A program made the translations under genes and the position numbers. Below, piece by piece: positions 32,648-43,021 of a stretch of 64,000 nt of DNA. Positions within the stretch are counted from its first letter, which is position 1. Each line of letters starts with the position of its first letter. The DNA is taken from the IMG/VR virus record IMGVR_UViG_3300016265_001297, positions 11,864 to 75,863 of that record. One strand, given 5' to 3'. The notes beneath the pieces are model-generated. The model saw nothing but the letters and a program-made list of their open reading frames with translations. It was not told where the DNA came from and did not search any database. The DNA comes from a virus. Taxonomy: Duplodnaviria; Caudoviricetes.

Positions 32648-33706
32648 ATGTCATACGAGATTGATGTATTCGATCAGGCCGCTCTAACTGATGTAATCAA
32701 TAGGTCATTCCAGTCACGCGAGGATGGTTCTCCGTCAGTTGGCGCTCAGATTGCGCCGCTACGCCCCGTCCAGTCACGCTCAGTGAAAGTGAACGGTCGA
32801 ATCGTAAACGGTAACGGCCTCGGTCAGCTTCGTGCGCCGGGAGCCACACCACCGCTCTACGAGCCTACCGCTAGCTTCGAAGAGTCAGTGATTGAGCTTG
32901 CCCTACCAGACGAAATGCATCGCATTAACGAGGAAGATTACTTGGCTCTAAGGTCTAACGATGTTAATTACAGGCGTAAGGCCGGAGTTGAGCTAGTAGA
33001 GCGGGTTGAGTCTCTAGTAGTAAGGAACATTAACCGTACTGAAAAGATGCGGTGGGAAGCATTTAGTGGTGAAGTTACACTTGAGTACGCAAGTGGAGCT
33101 ACACTAACTGTTGACTATGATGTTCCCGCAACAAACAAGCCGTCAGCTTCTGTTCCGTGGCAGAACACTGCCACATCAGACCCAATTGCTGACCTAAAGG
33201 CTTGGCAGAAACTAACTGCTAATGAGGTTGGCGCTTATGGTACTAAGATTCACATGTCTTCTGAGGCATATGATCTTATGATCGCAAGCGACAAGCTAGT
33301 TCAGAAACTAACTGGTTCTGAGCGTCCACTATATGTTCCTACCCGGGATGATGTTCTTTCACTTCTCCGGGCCGGAACCGAAATCATCATTTATGATGGT
33401 GGTTGGAGGCCAGATGGCAGTTCCGACCGTGGAATTGATGGTCTAAACCGATTCTTGCCAAAGGACAAGGTTCTAATCACTACTGATTACAGCCTTAACG
33501 GTCAGCGTATTGCTGATACTCCTGATGGTCAGGTCTTGGTTGGTAACAGTATTAACTCTGCACCAGTCATTCGACAGGGCGCACAGACTGAAATCATTTA
33601 CGACCAGATTTCACATGAGCATCTAGTCCGTTACGCATCAGCACGAATTGTAAGGCTTCATGAGCCGGGTGCTTTTGTTTACGCAGATGTTGGAACAGTA
33701 GTCTAA
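32648..33706 (+). CDS. Major capsid protein (lambda gpE-like family)
   Basis: 352 aa; RTEKMRWEAFSG, W......DPIADL, FLPKDKV; optimised codons. Confidence 0.88.
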   Translation: MSYEIDVFDQAALTDVINRSFQSREDGSPSVGAQIAPLRPVQSRSVKVNGRIVNGNGLGQLRAPGATPPLYEPTASFEESVIELALPDEMHRINEEDYLALRSNDVNYRRKAGVELVERVESLVVRNINRTEKMRWEAFSGEVTLEYASGATLTVDYDVPATNKPSASVPWQNTATSDPIADLKAWQKLTANEVGAYGTKIHMSSEAYDLMIASDKLVQKLTGSERPLYVPTRDDVLSLLRAGTEIIIYDGGWRPDGSSDRGIDGLNRFLPKDKVLITTDYSLNGQRIADTPDGQVLVGNSINSAPVIRQGAQTEIIYDQISHEHLVRYASARIVRLHEPGAFVYADVGTVV

Positions 33707-33716
33707 TATTGAATAA

Positions 33717-33986
33717 ATGGCTTTTGAAGTATTACAAGACGGAGCCACTATTCACACAGTAACTGATAGGGGCGGGGTTTCCGAAGATGGAAATCCCGTC
33801 CTAGTTACTGTTTCTGTAGTATGTAAAAAAGGAGATATTCTTGAGGATAAAGAAATTTCTCCGGTTATTCTAGAGCTTTATGAGTCAGGCGATGAAAGAA
33901 TTCGAAGCCTAATCAAGAAAAAAGAGCAAAAGAAGGCCACACCAAAAAGAAAACCAGCAGCTAAAAAAACAACTGCTGATAAATAA
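33717..33986 (+). CDS. Small virion/head protein with Lys-rich tail
   Basis: Position after capsid; KKATPKRKPAAKK. Confidence 0.6.
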   Translation: MAFEVLQDGATIHTVTDRGGVSEDGNPVLVTVSVVCKKGDILEDKEISPVILELYESGDERIRSLIKKKEQKKATPKRKPAAKKTTADK

Positions 33987-34133
33987 GTCATAAACAATCA
34001 TTTGATTGTTTTTATTTAAAAGGCTAAATTATGGATAGATTTATTATTTGCAAACATAATATTGAAAAAAATAAACTATCGCAAAAGCCTTTTTATATTT
34101 TTAGTAAACGGCAACCTTGTTTAGAAGGTTAAA

Positions 34134-34442
34134 ATGCCATTTACTCCTAAAAACTGGAAAGACTTTCCAGATAAGTCAACACCTATAACAGCAGATTCAC
34201 TTAAAGACTTAGAACAAAGAGTATATGACGCTGCAGCGGCTGACGGAGATAAGTTTTATCAGCATACTCAATCTACGCCTTCTGCTAGCTGGACTATTAC
34301 TCATAACTTGGGTAAAAAACCAAGTGTTACTGTTGTTGACTCTGGTGGGACTGAATGGCAAACCGAAGTACAACACATAGATGAAAACCAATGCATTGCT
34401 AGATTCTCAGCACCTTTTTCTGGCAAAGCATATTTAAACTAA
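34134..34442 (+). CDS. Virion structural protein (fibre-associated)
   Basis: W.D.P...TPITA and HTQ..S..W.I.HNLG..P.V modules. Confidence 0.65.
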   Translation: MPFTPKNWKDFPDKSTPITADSLKDLEQRVYDAAAADGDKFYQHTQSTPSASWTITHNLGKKPSVTVVDSGGTEWQTEVQHIDENQCIARFSAPFSGKAYLN

Positions 34443-34458
34443 AGGAGGTATTTAAGTT

Positions 34459-35946
34459 ATGGCAGTTACATTCGCTTCTCCAATAGACTTAGGAAAGCTT
34501 GAATTACAGAATGCCAGAATTCAAAACTTAGCTACTGCTCCTGCAAGTCCAGTAGAAGGTCAGATTTATTACAACACTACTGACGATAATCTATATGTTT
34601 ACGCTGACAGTAGTTGGGTAGATTTAACCTCTCAAGGCGTTACATATTCAGCAGGAACAGGATTAAGTTTAGCAAGCACTACTTTTTCAGTTAATTATGG
34701 TACTACTTCTGGAACAGCAGCCGAAGGTAACGATGCTCGGCTAAGTGACTCTAGAACTCCAACAGGAAATGCTGGCGGAGATTTAACTGGTACTTATCCT
34801 AACCCTACAATCGGTTCTGGAAAAGTAACTAGCGATCATATCGCTAATGGCGCAATTGTAAATGAAGACATTAACTCTTCTGCTGCAATTGCACTAAGCA
34901 AGCTAGCTACTGACCCTCTTGCTAGGGCAAACCACACTGGAACTCAGACAGCTTCAACTATTTCTGATTTTGATACTCAGGTAAGGACAAACCGCCTAGA
35001 TCAGATGGCGGCACCTACCGCTTCTGTAAGCCTTAACTCTCAAAAGATTACTGGTCTTGCAGATGGTACTAGTGCTGGCGATGCAGTCAATAAAGGACAG
35101 CTAGATGCTGCTCAGAATGGCCTAGATGTAAAGGCTTCTGTTAAGGCTGCAACAACTGGTTCAAATATTACTATTTCAACAGCGCTAAACTCTGGCGATA
35201 CTCTCGATGGAATTAGCTTATCAAATGGTGATAGGGTACTAGTAAAAGATCAGACAGACAAAACAGAAAACGGTATTTGGGTAGTTGGCTCAACTCCTGA
35301 ACGAGCTGGTGATGCTAACGCCGCTGGTGAGCTTTCTGGAGGCTCTTTCGTATTTGTCGAAGAAGGAACAGCTAACGCTGACACTGGTTGGGTAATTACT
35401 ACAAATGGCTCAATTACTCCCGGCACAACCGCTCATGACTGGGCTGTATTTTCAAGAGCCGGAGAACTAGTTGCTGGCGACGGTCTTACTAAGACTGGCG
35501 CTACACTAGCTGTTGATTCAACAGTTGCAAGAAGGAATGCCGCTAACCAGTTTACTGACACTGTTTCAGCCTCACATGCTAGCTCTGCAGCATTTAAAGT
35601 TGATACTGGTCACGGTACTGGCGCAGCTTTTGACGCTAACTCAGAAGGCAAAATTATTAATGTTGTTGACCCGACTAACGCTCAAGATGCAGCTACTAAA
35701 GCGTATGTTGATGCTCAAGTTGGAGCAGGCACCTACAAGACTAACATTGGTAATGGTTCTGCCACAGAAATTACTGTAACTCACAACCTCGGAACACGCG
35801 ATGTTATGGTTGAAGTAATCACAAATTCTGGCAACTATGATACAATTATTTGTGAAGTTCAAAGGACTTCAACAAGCGCTGTTAAGCTAGTGTTTGGTGT
35901 TGCTCCTACAACTGATCAATATAGGGTACTAGTAAGGACAGTATAA
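34459..35946 (+). CDS. Fibre-like structural protein
   Basis: S/T/G-rich; GQIYYNT, DAVNKGQLD, RVLVKDQT..TENGIW modules. Confidence 0.7.
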   Translation: MAVTFASPIDLGKLELQNARIQNLATAPASPVEGQIYYNTTDDNLYVYADSSWVDLTSQGVTYSAGTGLSLASTTFSVNYGTTSGTAAEGNDARLSDSRTPTGNAGGDLTGTYPNPTIGSGKVTSDHIANGAIVNEDINSSAAIALSKLATDPLARANHTGTQTASTISDFDTQVRTNRLDQMAAPTASVSLNSQKITGLADGTSAGDAVNKGQLDAAQNGLDVKASVKAATTGSNITISTALNSGDTLDGISLSNGDRVLVKDQTDKTENGIWVVGSTPERAGDANAAGELSGGSFVFVEEGTANADTGWVITTNGSITPGTTAHDWAVFSRAGELVAGDGLTKTGATLAVDSTVARRNAANQFTDTVSASHASSAAFKVDTGHGTGAAFDANSEGKIINVVDPTNAQDAATKAYVDAQVGAGTYKTNIGNGSATEITVTHNLGTRDVMVEVITNSGNYDTIICEVQRTSTSAVKLVFGVAPTTDQYRVLVRTV

Positions 35947-35947
35947 T

Positions 35948-36682
35948 ATGACAAAATATCTCGGCCCCAAAGTAGCAGGAACAGCTTTATCTACACAAGA
36001 TGATGTTAATTCATTGATTCAAGCTTCTGCAACTCCGCCATCTTCTCCTTCAACTGGAGATTTGTGGTTGGACTCTGACAATGGCAGCTTGTACATTTAT
36101 TATGATTCATCTTGGATTACTCCTGTTGCTGTTGGGGCGGGGATTAAAACTTCATCAGCACAAACTATTACTGGAACAAACACAGAAGGTAGCTCTAATA
36201 ATTTGGCAAGAGCAGATCACAATCACGCAATAGGTTCTGGAGTTATTGGAACTTCTCAGCTTTCTTCAAGCGTTGGAAATTTTAGTGCTTGGACTTCTTA
36301 TACTCCTACACTAACAGCCAGCACAACTAATCCAACTTTAGGAACTGGCTCTACTGCAGAAGGATTTTACTGTCAGATTGGCAAAAGCGTATTTTGGAGA
36401 GCTAATATAACTTTTGGAACAGCTTCTGTAAACGCTGGAAGTGGATTTTATTTTATTTCTTTGCCGGTTACAGCTAAAGCAGCAGGATTTTTAACCCCTA
36501 TGGGTAGCTTTGTCGCAGAAGATGTTAGTACAGGAACAAGATATATGGGCGCTGCTGCTTATGATAATACTACAAGAGTTGCTATGCAAAGAAACGCTGC
36601 TGGAGCATTTCAGGCAACTGACCCAATGACTTGGGCAGCATCTGATTATATTAGAATTCAAGGAGTTTACGAAGCAGCATAA
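35948..36682 (+). CDS. Fibre/adhesin paralog
   Basis: PSTGDLWLDSD, ARADHNH, W.SYTPT, G.Y.QIGK.V modules. Confidence 0.7.
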   Translation: MTKYLGPKVAGTALSTQDDVNSLIQASATPPSSPSTGDLWLDSDNGSLYIYYDSSWITPVAVGAGIKTSSAQTITGTNTEGSSNNLARADHNHAIGSGVIGTSQLSSSVGNFSAWTSYTPTLTASTTNPTLGTGSTAEGFYCQIGKSVFWRANITFGTASVNAGSGFYFISLPVTAKAAGFLTPMGSFVAEDVSTGTRYMGAAAYDNTTRVAMQRNAAGAFQATDPMTWAASDYIRIQGVYEAA

Positions 36683-37542
36683 TGCCACTAGATTTTCCTA
36701 ACAGCCCGACAGTAAATCAAGAGTTTACCGCTAATGGTGTTACTTGGAAATATGACGGAGTAGCTTGGAATATTGTTTCTGGCGGCTCTGGATTTAGAGT
36801 TTCTAGTGGAGCGCCATCTTCTCCTGCTCTTGGAGATTTGTGGTATGAAAGTGATTCTGGAGAAATGTTTATTTATTATGATTCTCAATGGGTTTCTCCT
36901 GCTGTATTAGCTACTGTAGGGACTAGTGCTATTGGTACTGCACAATTAGCTTCTAGCGCTGTTACTACAGCTAAGTTAGCCTCTAGTGCGGTCACTACTG
37001 AAAAATTAGCTCTAGGCCCAACATATGTAACATCTTTACCATCTTCTGCTACCGTAGTTGATGGTCAAGAGATTTATTATGCGGCTAGCTCTGCTTCTTC
37101 AGTTATTTGGCATCTTAGGTATAGGTCTTCTAATAGCAGATGGGAATATCTTGGAGGGCCAAGATTAGAGTCACAAAACTTAGGCCAAGAAAGTGCTAGC
37201 AGAACTGGGAGTGCTTGGTTTTCTATGACTAGTGACCCGGCTTTAACCTTGCCAGAAAAAGGTAAATATATTATAACTTTAAGATTTACTCAGTTTACTA
37301 CTAACGCTGGAGGCGGAAGGCATGTAGCATCATACAAAATTGATACTTCAGAAGCTGTTGAAGCAGACGGCTGTAGGGCTGACGCAGCTAATGCAACTAT
37401 GTTGGCTTTTGGATACAAAGAAGAAGCTAAAACTTTTACTTCAAAATCAACTTTAACTATGAGGTATCTAGTTTATGATACAGGAACTTATTATACTGGC
37501 AACAGGCTTTTAGCTGTTACCCCAGTATATCTTACTTACTAA
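36682..37542 (+). CDS. Fibre/adhesin paralog
   Basis: MPLDFPNSP N-terminus, GDLWYESD, DGQEIYY..IWHLRYR. Confidence 0.7.
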   Translation: MPLDFPNSPTVNQEFTANGVTWKYDGVAWNIVSGGSGFRVSSGAPSSPALGDLWYESDSGEMFIYYDSQWVSPAVLATVGTSAIGTAQLASSAVTTAKLASSAVTTEKLALGPTYVTSLPSSATVVDGQEIYYAASSASSVIWHLRYRSSNSRWEYLGGPRLESQNLGQESASRTGSAWFSMTSDPALTLPEKGKYIITLRFTQFTTNAGGGRHVASYKIDTSEAVEADGCRADAANATMLAFGYKEEAKTFTSKSTLTMRYLVYDTGTYYTGNRLLAVTPVYLTY

Positions 37543-37543
37543 T

Positions 37544-38194
37544 ATGACACTTAACTTTCCAGACAATCCCGTATTAAATCAAACTTATTCTTATGGAAGT
37601 ATTATTTGGCGCTACGATGGAGAAAAATGGCGCGTAACTGGTACTGCCTCTCAGCCTACTGTTCAAGTTTCAGCTACTATTCCTAGTAGCGGTTCTGCTT
37701 CTGTAGGTGACGCTTGGGTAGATTCTGATAATGGCGCACTTTATATTTTTTATGATGGTTTTTGGGTTGCTCCTAATGTTAATTATGCAGTTGGCACTAG
37801 CGCGATTGGTACTTCTCAGATAGCAACTAGCGCTGTAACAGATAGCAAAGTAGCTTCTCCAGAAAGCTGGTATGAAATTGGTGCAGCAGGCAATCCTGCT
37901 TTTACAAACAGTTGGGTAAATTATGGCGATGTATATAATACAGCAGCATATTATAAAGATCATCAAAATAGAGTATTTTTAAAAGGCTTAATTAAATCTG
38001 GAACAAGAGGGTCTGCAGCTTTTACTTTACCAGTTGGCTATCGTCCAGTAAAAAATGAAATTTTTCCTAGTATGAGCAATGATCAAATAAGTAGAACAGA
38101 TGTTACTAGTGCCGGAGCAGTAATACCAACTTCATTTTCTACAGGCTCTAACGCATATGTTTCTCTTGACGGAATAAGTTTTAGGGCCGTATAA
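37544..38194 (+). CDS. Fibre/adhesin paralog
   Basis: MTLNFPDNP, GDAWVDSD, V.LKG.IKSG...FTLP.GYRP tip. Confidence 0.7.
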   Translation: MTLNFPDNPVLNQTYSYGSIIWRYDGEKWRVTGTASQPTVQVSATIPSSGSASVGDAWVDSDNGALYIFYDGFWVAPNVNYAVGTSAIGTSQIATSAVTDSKVASPESWYEIGAAGNPAFTNSWVNYGDVYNTAAYYKDHQNRVFLKGLIKSGTRGSAAFTLPVGYRPVKNEIFPSMSNDQISRTDVTSAGAVIPTSFSTGSNAYVSLDGISFRAV

Positions 38195-38826
38195 TGCCGT
38201 TGGACTTTCCAAATAGCCCAAGTGTAGGAGCTAGTTATTCTTCTTCTGGAATAACTTGGACTTATGATGGTGAAAAATGGAATATTGCTGCAAGTGGTGG
38301 ACCTTCTTATGTTACCTCGCTTCCTGCCTCTCCAATTGACGGTCAAGAAATATATTATGGGGCTGACGCTACGAATGGCATTATTTGGCATTTAAGATAT
38401 AGGTCTGCATCATCTAGCACCTATAAATGGGAATATATTGGAGGGCCAAGCTTAACTAATTATGTGGTCACAGATCAAACAACTACAAGCAATTCAATTG
38501 TAGATTTAGCTACAGATGGGCCGTCCATAACTGTGCCGGTTAGCGGCGATTATGAAATTAATTTTTATGCAACAATATACAATGAAGGCGTTGGAAATAA
38601 TACTGGAGGAAGAGTTTGGTTATTTATAAACGGAAGCCAAAGCTCGCCATACATTGAATATCTTAGCGCTGGTGATGCCTATAGTCCTTATTCGTTAGCT
38701 CAATCTACTAGAAAAGAAATTTCTGGAAACAAAATAGTAAAATTAAGATATAATAACCGTGGCGGTAGTGGGCTAGCGCATTTTATTGATAGAGGTCTTG
38801 TTGTTAAGCCAATTAGAGTAGGATAA
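38194..38826 (+). CDS. Fibre/adhesin paralog
   Basis: MPLDFPNSP, DGQEIYY..IWHLRYR. Confidence 0.7.
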   Translation: MPLDFPNSPSVGASYSSSGITWTYDGEKWNIAASGGPSYVTSLPASPIDGQEIYYGADATNGIIWHLRYRSASSSTYKWEYIGGPSLTNYVVTDQTTTSNSIVDLATDGPSITVPVSGDYEINFYATIYNEGVGNNTGGRVWLFINGSQSSPYIEYLSAGDAYSPYSLAQSTRKEISGNKIVKLRYNNRGGSGLAHFIDRGLVVKPIRVG

Positions 38827-38827
38827 A

Positions 38828-39109
38828 ATGCCTTTATATCCATCAAATAATCTTTTTCCATCAAATAATATTTATGCAAGCATGATCGTTGCTGGATTTG
38901 ATTTTGACGCTGCAATAAACTATAATAATGTAAGGGCTTCCAACAAGAAAATTTCATTGTTGAGTAAGCTAGAGGATACAAAAGTTTCATTGTTGAGTAA
39001 CCTAGAAAACACAGGCATCGCAGTACAGAAAACAGAAAAAGGTATAGACTCTTCTCCCGAAGGCTCTCGTCTATCTTTAAACAAGCCAAGAGGTAATAAG
39101 ATTAAATGA
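38828..39109 (+). CDS. Small structural protein
   Basis: LYPSNNLFPS N-terminal motif. Confidence 0.55.
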   Translation: MPLYPSNNLFPSNNIYASMIVAGFDFDAAINYNNVRASNKKISLLSKLEDTKVSLLSNLENTGIAVQKTEKGIDSSPEGSRLSLNKPRGNKIK

Positions 39110-39957
39110 GTGAAGACCCGATAATTATTTATCTTAACAATACTGGTCAGCCTTTTAATGATCAAATTAAGATAGGCACAAAACCATTTGAAATTCCTGC
39201 TGGGGCTGCTGTATCATTTAAAATGCGTTACGCTACTAGCTCTGCTGTAAAAGTTGATTCTGGAGCAGATATTGTTGACGCTGTAAAAGGCAAAGTGTCT
39301 TATGAATGGGGCGCAACTGACCTAGATACTGCTGGCGAATATTTTGGTTGGTGGGAAATTGTAGCTGGTCTTGAAGTTGTAGAAAGTGAAGAATTTTCTA
39401 TTATTGTAGCAAAACATTCTCCCGGTTTAAGAACTACTACTGGAGCAATTTATAGGGCGGCTAGATCATTTTTGCCTTCAACATGGGTTGCTTTAGAAAA
39501 TTCTCCTACATACGGAGATTCTTTATTGCAAGATAAAGTTGATTATGTAAAAATGCATGTATTAGGCAGCGCGGTTCCAGTAGAGCAAGAAGAAAACTTA
39601 GATATTAGAGTAATAGAATTTTTGGCAAAGAATGTAGCGGTTAAAGTAATCCCTGCAGGAATAGATTATTGGTTAGATCAAAAAGTTTCAGTAAGGATAG
39701 AAACTGCGGCTGCAGCACAAGAAATTTATGATTATGAAGATCGCGCAAAATCTTTAATGGATTTATATGAAAAGCTTTTAAAAGAAATTTCCGAAGAAGA
39801 AAGAGACATTATGGATATATTAGATACTCCATTAACTCGTAGAGAAAATTCAATAGCTTCTTATGCGGAAGGTCAAGATGAAGGATTTGTTACTCCTTCT
39901 CCAGTATTAAACTTTAGACCTTATCATTTTCCTCCTTCCAGATGGGATAGGTGGTAA
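39106..39957 (+). CDS. Head-tail adaptor with BppU-like N-terminal domain
   Basis: G.V.Y.W...DLDTAG.Y.GW motif; position. Confidence 0.6.
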   Translation: MSEDPIIIYLNNTGQPFNDQIKIGTKPFEIPAGAAVSFKMRYATSSAVKVDSGADIVDAVKGKVSYEWGATDLDTAGEYFGWWEIVAGLEVVESEEFSIIVAKHSPGLRTTTGAIYRAARSFLPSTWVALENSPTYGDSLLQDKVDYVKMHVLGSAVPVEQEENLDIRVIEFLAKNVAVKVIPAGIDYWLDQKVSVRIETAAAAQEIYDYEDRAKSLMDLYEKLLKEISEEERDIMDILDTPLTRRENSIASYAEGQDEGFVTPSPVLNFRPYHFPPSRWDRW

Positions 39958-40548
39958 ATGACTGATTTAATAACCGCTAGGGGATTTGGCCTAGAAATTA
40001 TTGAAAGAGAAGTTCATGTTATTCTTTTTGAACAATTAAATAATGAATTAGATGTTCAAGAAGAGCTTTGGTATGAAAATGATGAAGAGTTTAGCGAAAA
40101 AGTTTCTATTGATTTAACCAAGACTTTTTTAGAACATTTTCCGCCAGAAAATTTTTATTCTGGACACAGGCCATCTTTGCTAAAAGGCGGAGCAGAAAAT
40201 TTTCCTAATATATGTGTTATGTGCTACGCAGCAATTCCAGTTGAAGATGTTGACCAAACTCAAAATTGGCTAGTAGATATTGATATTGAAGTTATGGTTA
40301 AATCAGAAATAGGAGAAGAAGATGCTAACAGAAAAATTCATAGAACTGTAGAAGCTGTTAACCAAGTAATGTTTAGAAACGAATCTTTAAACGGTTATTC
40401 TATTGGCTATACTGGCGACCCTGATGTAATTATTACCAATATTTTCTATCAGAATGAAGAAGTTAGTCATGGCAAAGAATGGTGGTGGATGGGCGCTAGA
40501 ATAGGATATAATATTATTAGACACTCAAAATTGCCGCTAGGAGCATAA
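39958..40548 (+). CDS. Tail terminator-like protein
   Basis: Position; NFPNICV motif and alternating beta pattern. Confidence 0.55.
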   Translation: MTDLITARGFGLEIIEREVHVILFEQLNNELDVQEELWYENDEEFSEKVSIDLTKTFLEHFPPENFYSGHRPSLLKGGAENFPNICVMCYAAIPVEDVDQTQNWLVDIDIEVMVKSEIGEEDANRKIHRTVEAVNQVMFRNESLNGYSIGYTGDPDVIITNIFYQNEEVSHGKEWWWMGARIGYNIIRHSKLPLGA

Positions 40549-40667
40549 TGGTAGATTTTTCGAAAATTTTTAAAAGTTTTAGCGAAGAAAAAATCGCTAA
40601 AAGTGATTCATATGAATCATATTATCATAACAAACCTACTCTTATTATCAAGGGGGTGAAATAGCAT

Positions 40668-41300
40668 ATGGCAAACGATTTCCACAGAGTTGACCCGGTA
40701 GGTGGCTGGAACTTTGTTCGTGGTGCTGCTAGGCTTCTAGTTGCAGACAAGGACGCAGCCTTCCCTTCCCAAATCAGCGATATTGTTGTATTGTCTTCTG
40801 GCGCTACTCAGTATAACGCTACATCAGCATGGACTGATCTAGGCGCTACTAAGACTGGTATTGCTATCAGCAACAACCACTCAGAAGAAACCTTCGATGT
40901 TGATCAGGTTTATGGTGACATTGATTCTCAGCCTACAAACTGGGAGTACAATGTTCAGACAGCATTGGCAGAAATGACCCTAGAAAGCCTCAAATTGGCT
41001 TGGGAAGGTTCTGATATTACAACTAACAACAGCCCAACAGTCCCTGAGAGGACTATTGGTTTCGGCAACCCTGACGAGTATGTAGTCCGTCGCCTAGCGG
41101 TTCTATATAAGAGCGCAGAGGATTACATTCGGGCATTTGTTTTCAGGCGAGTGCAGCTTGCTCCAGTAGAGTCAACCGCCACCTTCAACAAGACTGGTGA
41201 GCAGATTTCTCTACCTGTACAGTTTAAGTCATTCCCTGACTTCGCAGTTGCTGACCCATACAAGAGGAACTATGTTGTAATCGAGCAGGTTCCGGCATAA
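40668..41300 (+). CDS. Major tail tube protein
   Basis: W.DLGATKTGI, DVDQ, TALAEMTLE..K.AW; optimised codons; own terminator. Confidence 0.85.
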   Translation: MANDFHRVDPVGGWNFVRGAARLLVADKDAAFPSQISDIVVLSSGATQYNATSAWTDLGATKTGIAISNNHSEETFDVDQVYGDIDSQPTNWEYNVQTALAEMTLESLKLAWEGSDITTNNSPTVPERTIGFGNPDEYVVRRLAVLYKSAEDYIRAFVFRRVQLAPVESTATFNKTGEQISLPVQFKSFPDFAVADPYKRNYVVIEQVPA

Positions 41301-41331
41301 GCATTAACATATGCTATTGCCTTCGGGATTT

Positions 41332-41363
41332 AAAGAGAGCGGGGGAAACCCCGCTTTCTTTTT
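41332..41363 (+). terminator. Intrinsic terminator
   Basis: AAAGAGAGCGGGG-GAAA-CCCCGCTTTCTTT followed by T-run. Confidence 0.85.
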
Positions 41364-41387
41364 GCTTTCTTAATGTATAATTAATTT

Positions 41388-42299
41388 ATGGCAAGAAAAA
41401 GAAGAAAAAGAAGCAAGACTGGTATCGTTAAAGATTCACAAGGAAGGTGGCGATATGCAGATACAGGCAAGTTTGCGCCTTCTCCACAAGCTGTTGCCGC
41501 ACAAAATAGAAAGAAAAAAGATAAAAAGGGAAATATATCTGAAAGCAGGCCGCAAATAGCTTATGAAAGGCAAATGATAGGAGGCTTAAAAGATATTGGG
41601 CTTTCTGGAGGATCTAGCAGAAGAAAATTAGAACGGTCTAAAAAGCGTTCGGAATCAGCAAAAAGAGGTTGGGAGACAAGAAGGATAAGAGAAGCTGCAG
41701 AAAGAGCGGCTGCCGAAAGAAGGTCAGAATCTGCCAGAAAAGGTTGGGAAACAAGAAGGCAAAAAGAAAAAATAAAAGTTCAAAAAAAGTTTGAAGCAGC
41801 AGAAAAAGGCAAAAGAACAAAAGCAGCTAATCAAGCAGCAAAGGAAATAGCTGGCAAAGCTAAAGGCTCTTCGTTAGGAACTACTAGGCCCGGAACAAAT
41901 AAATATCAAAATATCTTAAAAAGGTTTGCTGAAAAAGTTGCGGCATTTGGTCAAAGAACTATGGAAGAAGAGGCTCCGGTTATGGATGGAAATTTGCAAA
42001 GCAGTATAACCTCTACTGTAGAAAAAACATCATATGGATATAGTGTTTCTGTTTATCCAAATATTTATTATGCGGAATGGGTAAATTATGGAACTGACCC
42101 GTATGGAACTGTAAATGCTGATTATATGGAATTTATTTGGAAGCAAAGAGGAAATATTTATGTTAAAACTACTGAGGTTAGTGGACAAATGGCAAACCCA
42201 TTTATTGACAGAACAGAGGCAGCTACGCAGGCTTATGTCGCGTCACAGGAAGCAGACTTAGCAGATCAAATAGAGTTAGCTTTTAGAACTGGAACATAA
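41388..42299 (+). CDS. HK97 gp10-like protein with a long basic N-terminal extension
   Basis: APVMDGNLQSSI, YAEWVNYGT, ANPFI; two SES.R.GWETRR repeats. Confidence 0.75.
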   Translation: MARKRRKRSKTGIVKDSQGRWRYADTGKFAPSPQAVAAQNRKKKDKKGNISESRPQIAYERQMIGGLKDIGLSGGSSRRKLERSKKRSESAKRGWETRRIREAAERAAAERRSESARKGWETRRQKEKIKVQKKFEAAEKGKRTKAANQAAKEIAGKAKGSSLGTTRPGTNKYQNILKRFAEKVAAFGQRTMEEEAPVMDGNLQSSITSTVEKTSYGYSVSVYPNIYYAEWVNYGTDPYGTVNADYMEFIWKQRGNIYVKTTEVSGQMANPFIDRTEAATQAYVASQEADLADQIELAFRTGT

Positions 42300-42364
42300 T
42301 ATAAAAATAGTGTAAAATATGTTTATATAGTTTAAACTAATGCCTGAAAACAAAGGAGGGCAAA

Positions 42365-43021
42365 TTGACAATTACTGACTTAACCGACGAAAGCAAGCAA
42401 GAAGAAACCGAAGAAGTATCTTCTAAAGAAGCAGAAGATATTAAGAAAGAACTTGCTGCTAAAGAAAAAGAGCTTGACGAGCAGATTAAGGTTTTTGAGC
42501 CTATTGCTCTAGTAGTTGAGCGCGAAATTACCCATCCAGACGGAACTAAAAAAGTTTTTATCCAGAAGGAATTTAGCTTCATGACTAAAATTAGGTTTTT
42601 GAGGCTTCTATCTGGAACCGTTAGGCTTGCTGCAGAAGCTGGAGGCACTAGTGTTGCTGGTGTTATTCAAGACACTTTTGGTGATATGCAAGACCTACTT
42701 AATCAAGGAATTGATGTTAACAATGCCGACGAGATTATGGCTAATCAGTTTATCTCAGTAGTTTTGAGACTAGTAGAATTGGCTCCAGATTTCTTGGAAG
42801 AACTATTCTTGATTGCACTAGATGTTCCTAAGAAGGAAGACGAAATTAAATGGGCGCTAGAGGCTTTCGATACGCTAGACGATGAAGAGGGTTTTGCAAT
42901 CCTAGATACAATCGTTGCACAAAACAGCAAGGCGATCAAAGATTTTTTTACGGAGCGGATAGCGAATACAGCCCGGAGGGGAAGTCAGGAGTTGAACTTG
43001 GATTTGAAACCTACGGACTAG
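42365..43021 (+). CDS. Tail assembly chaperone (G)
   Basis: Position before the tape measure; T7 slippery site at 42943-42949. Confidence 0.7.
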   Translation: MTITDLTDESKQEETEEVSSKEAEDIKKELAAKEKELDEQIKVFEPIALVVEREITHPDGTKKVFIQKEFSFMTKIRFLRLLSGTVRLAAEAGGTSVAGVIQDTFGDMQDLLNQGIDVNNADEIMANQFISVVLRLVELAPDFLEELFLIALDVPKKEDEIKWALEAFDTLDDEEGFAILDTIVAQNSKAIKDFFTERIANTARRGSQELNLDLKPTD

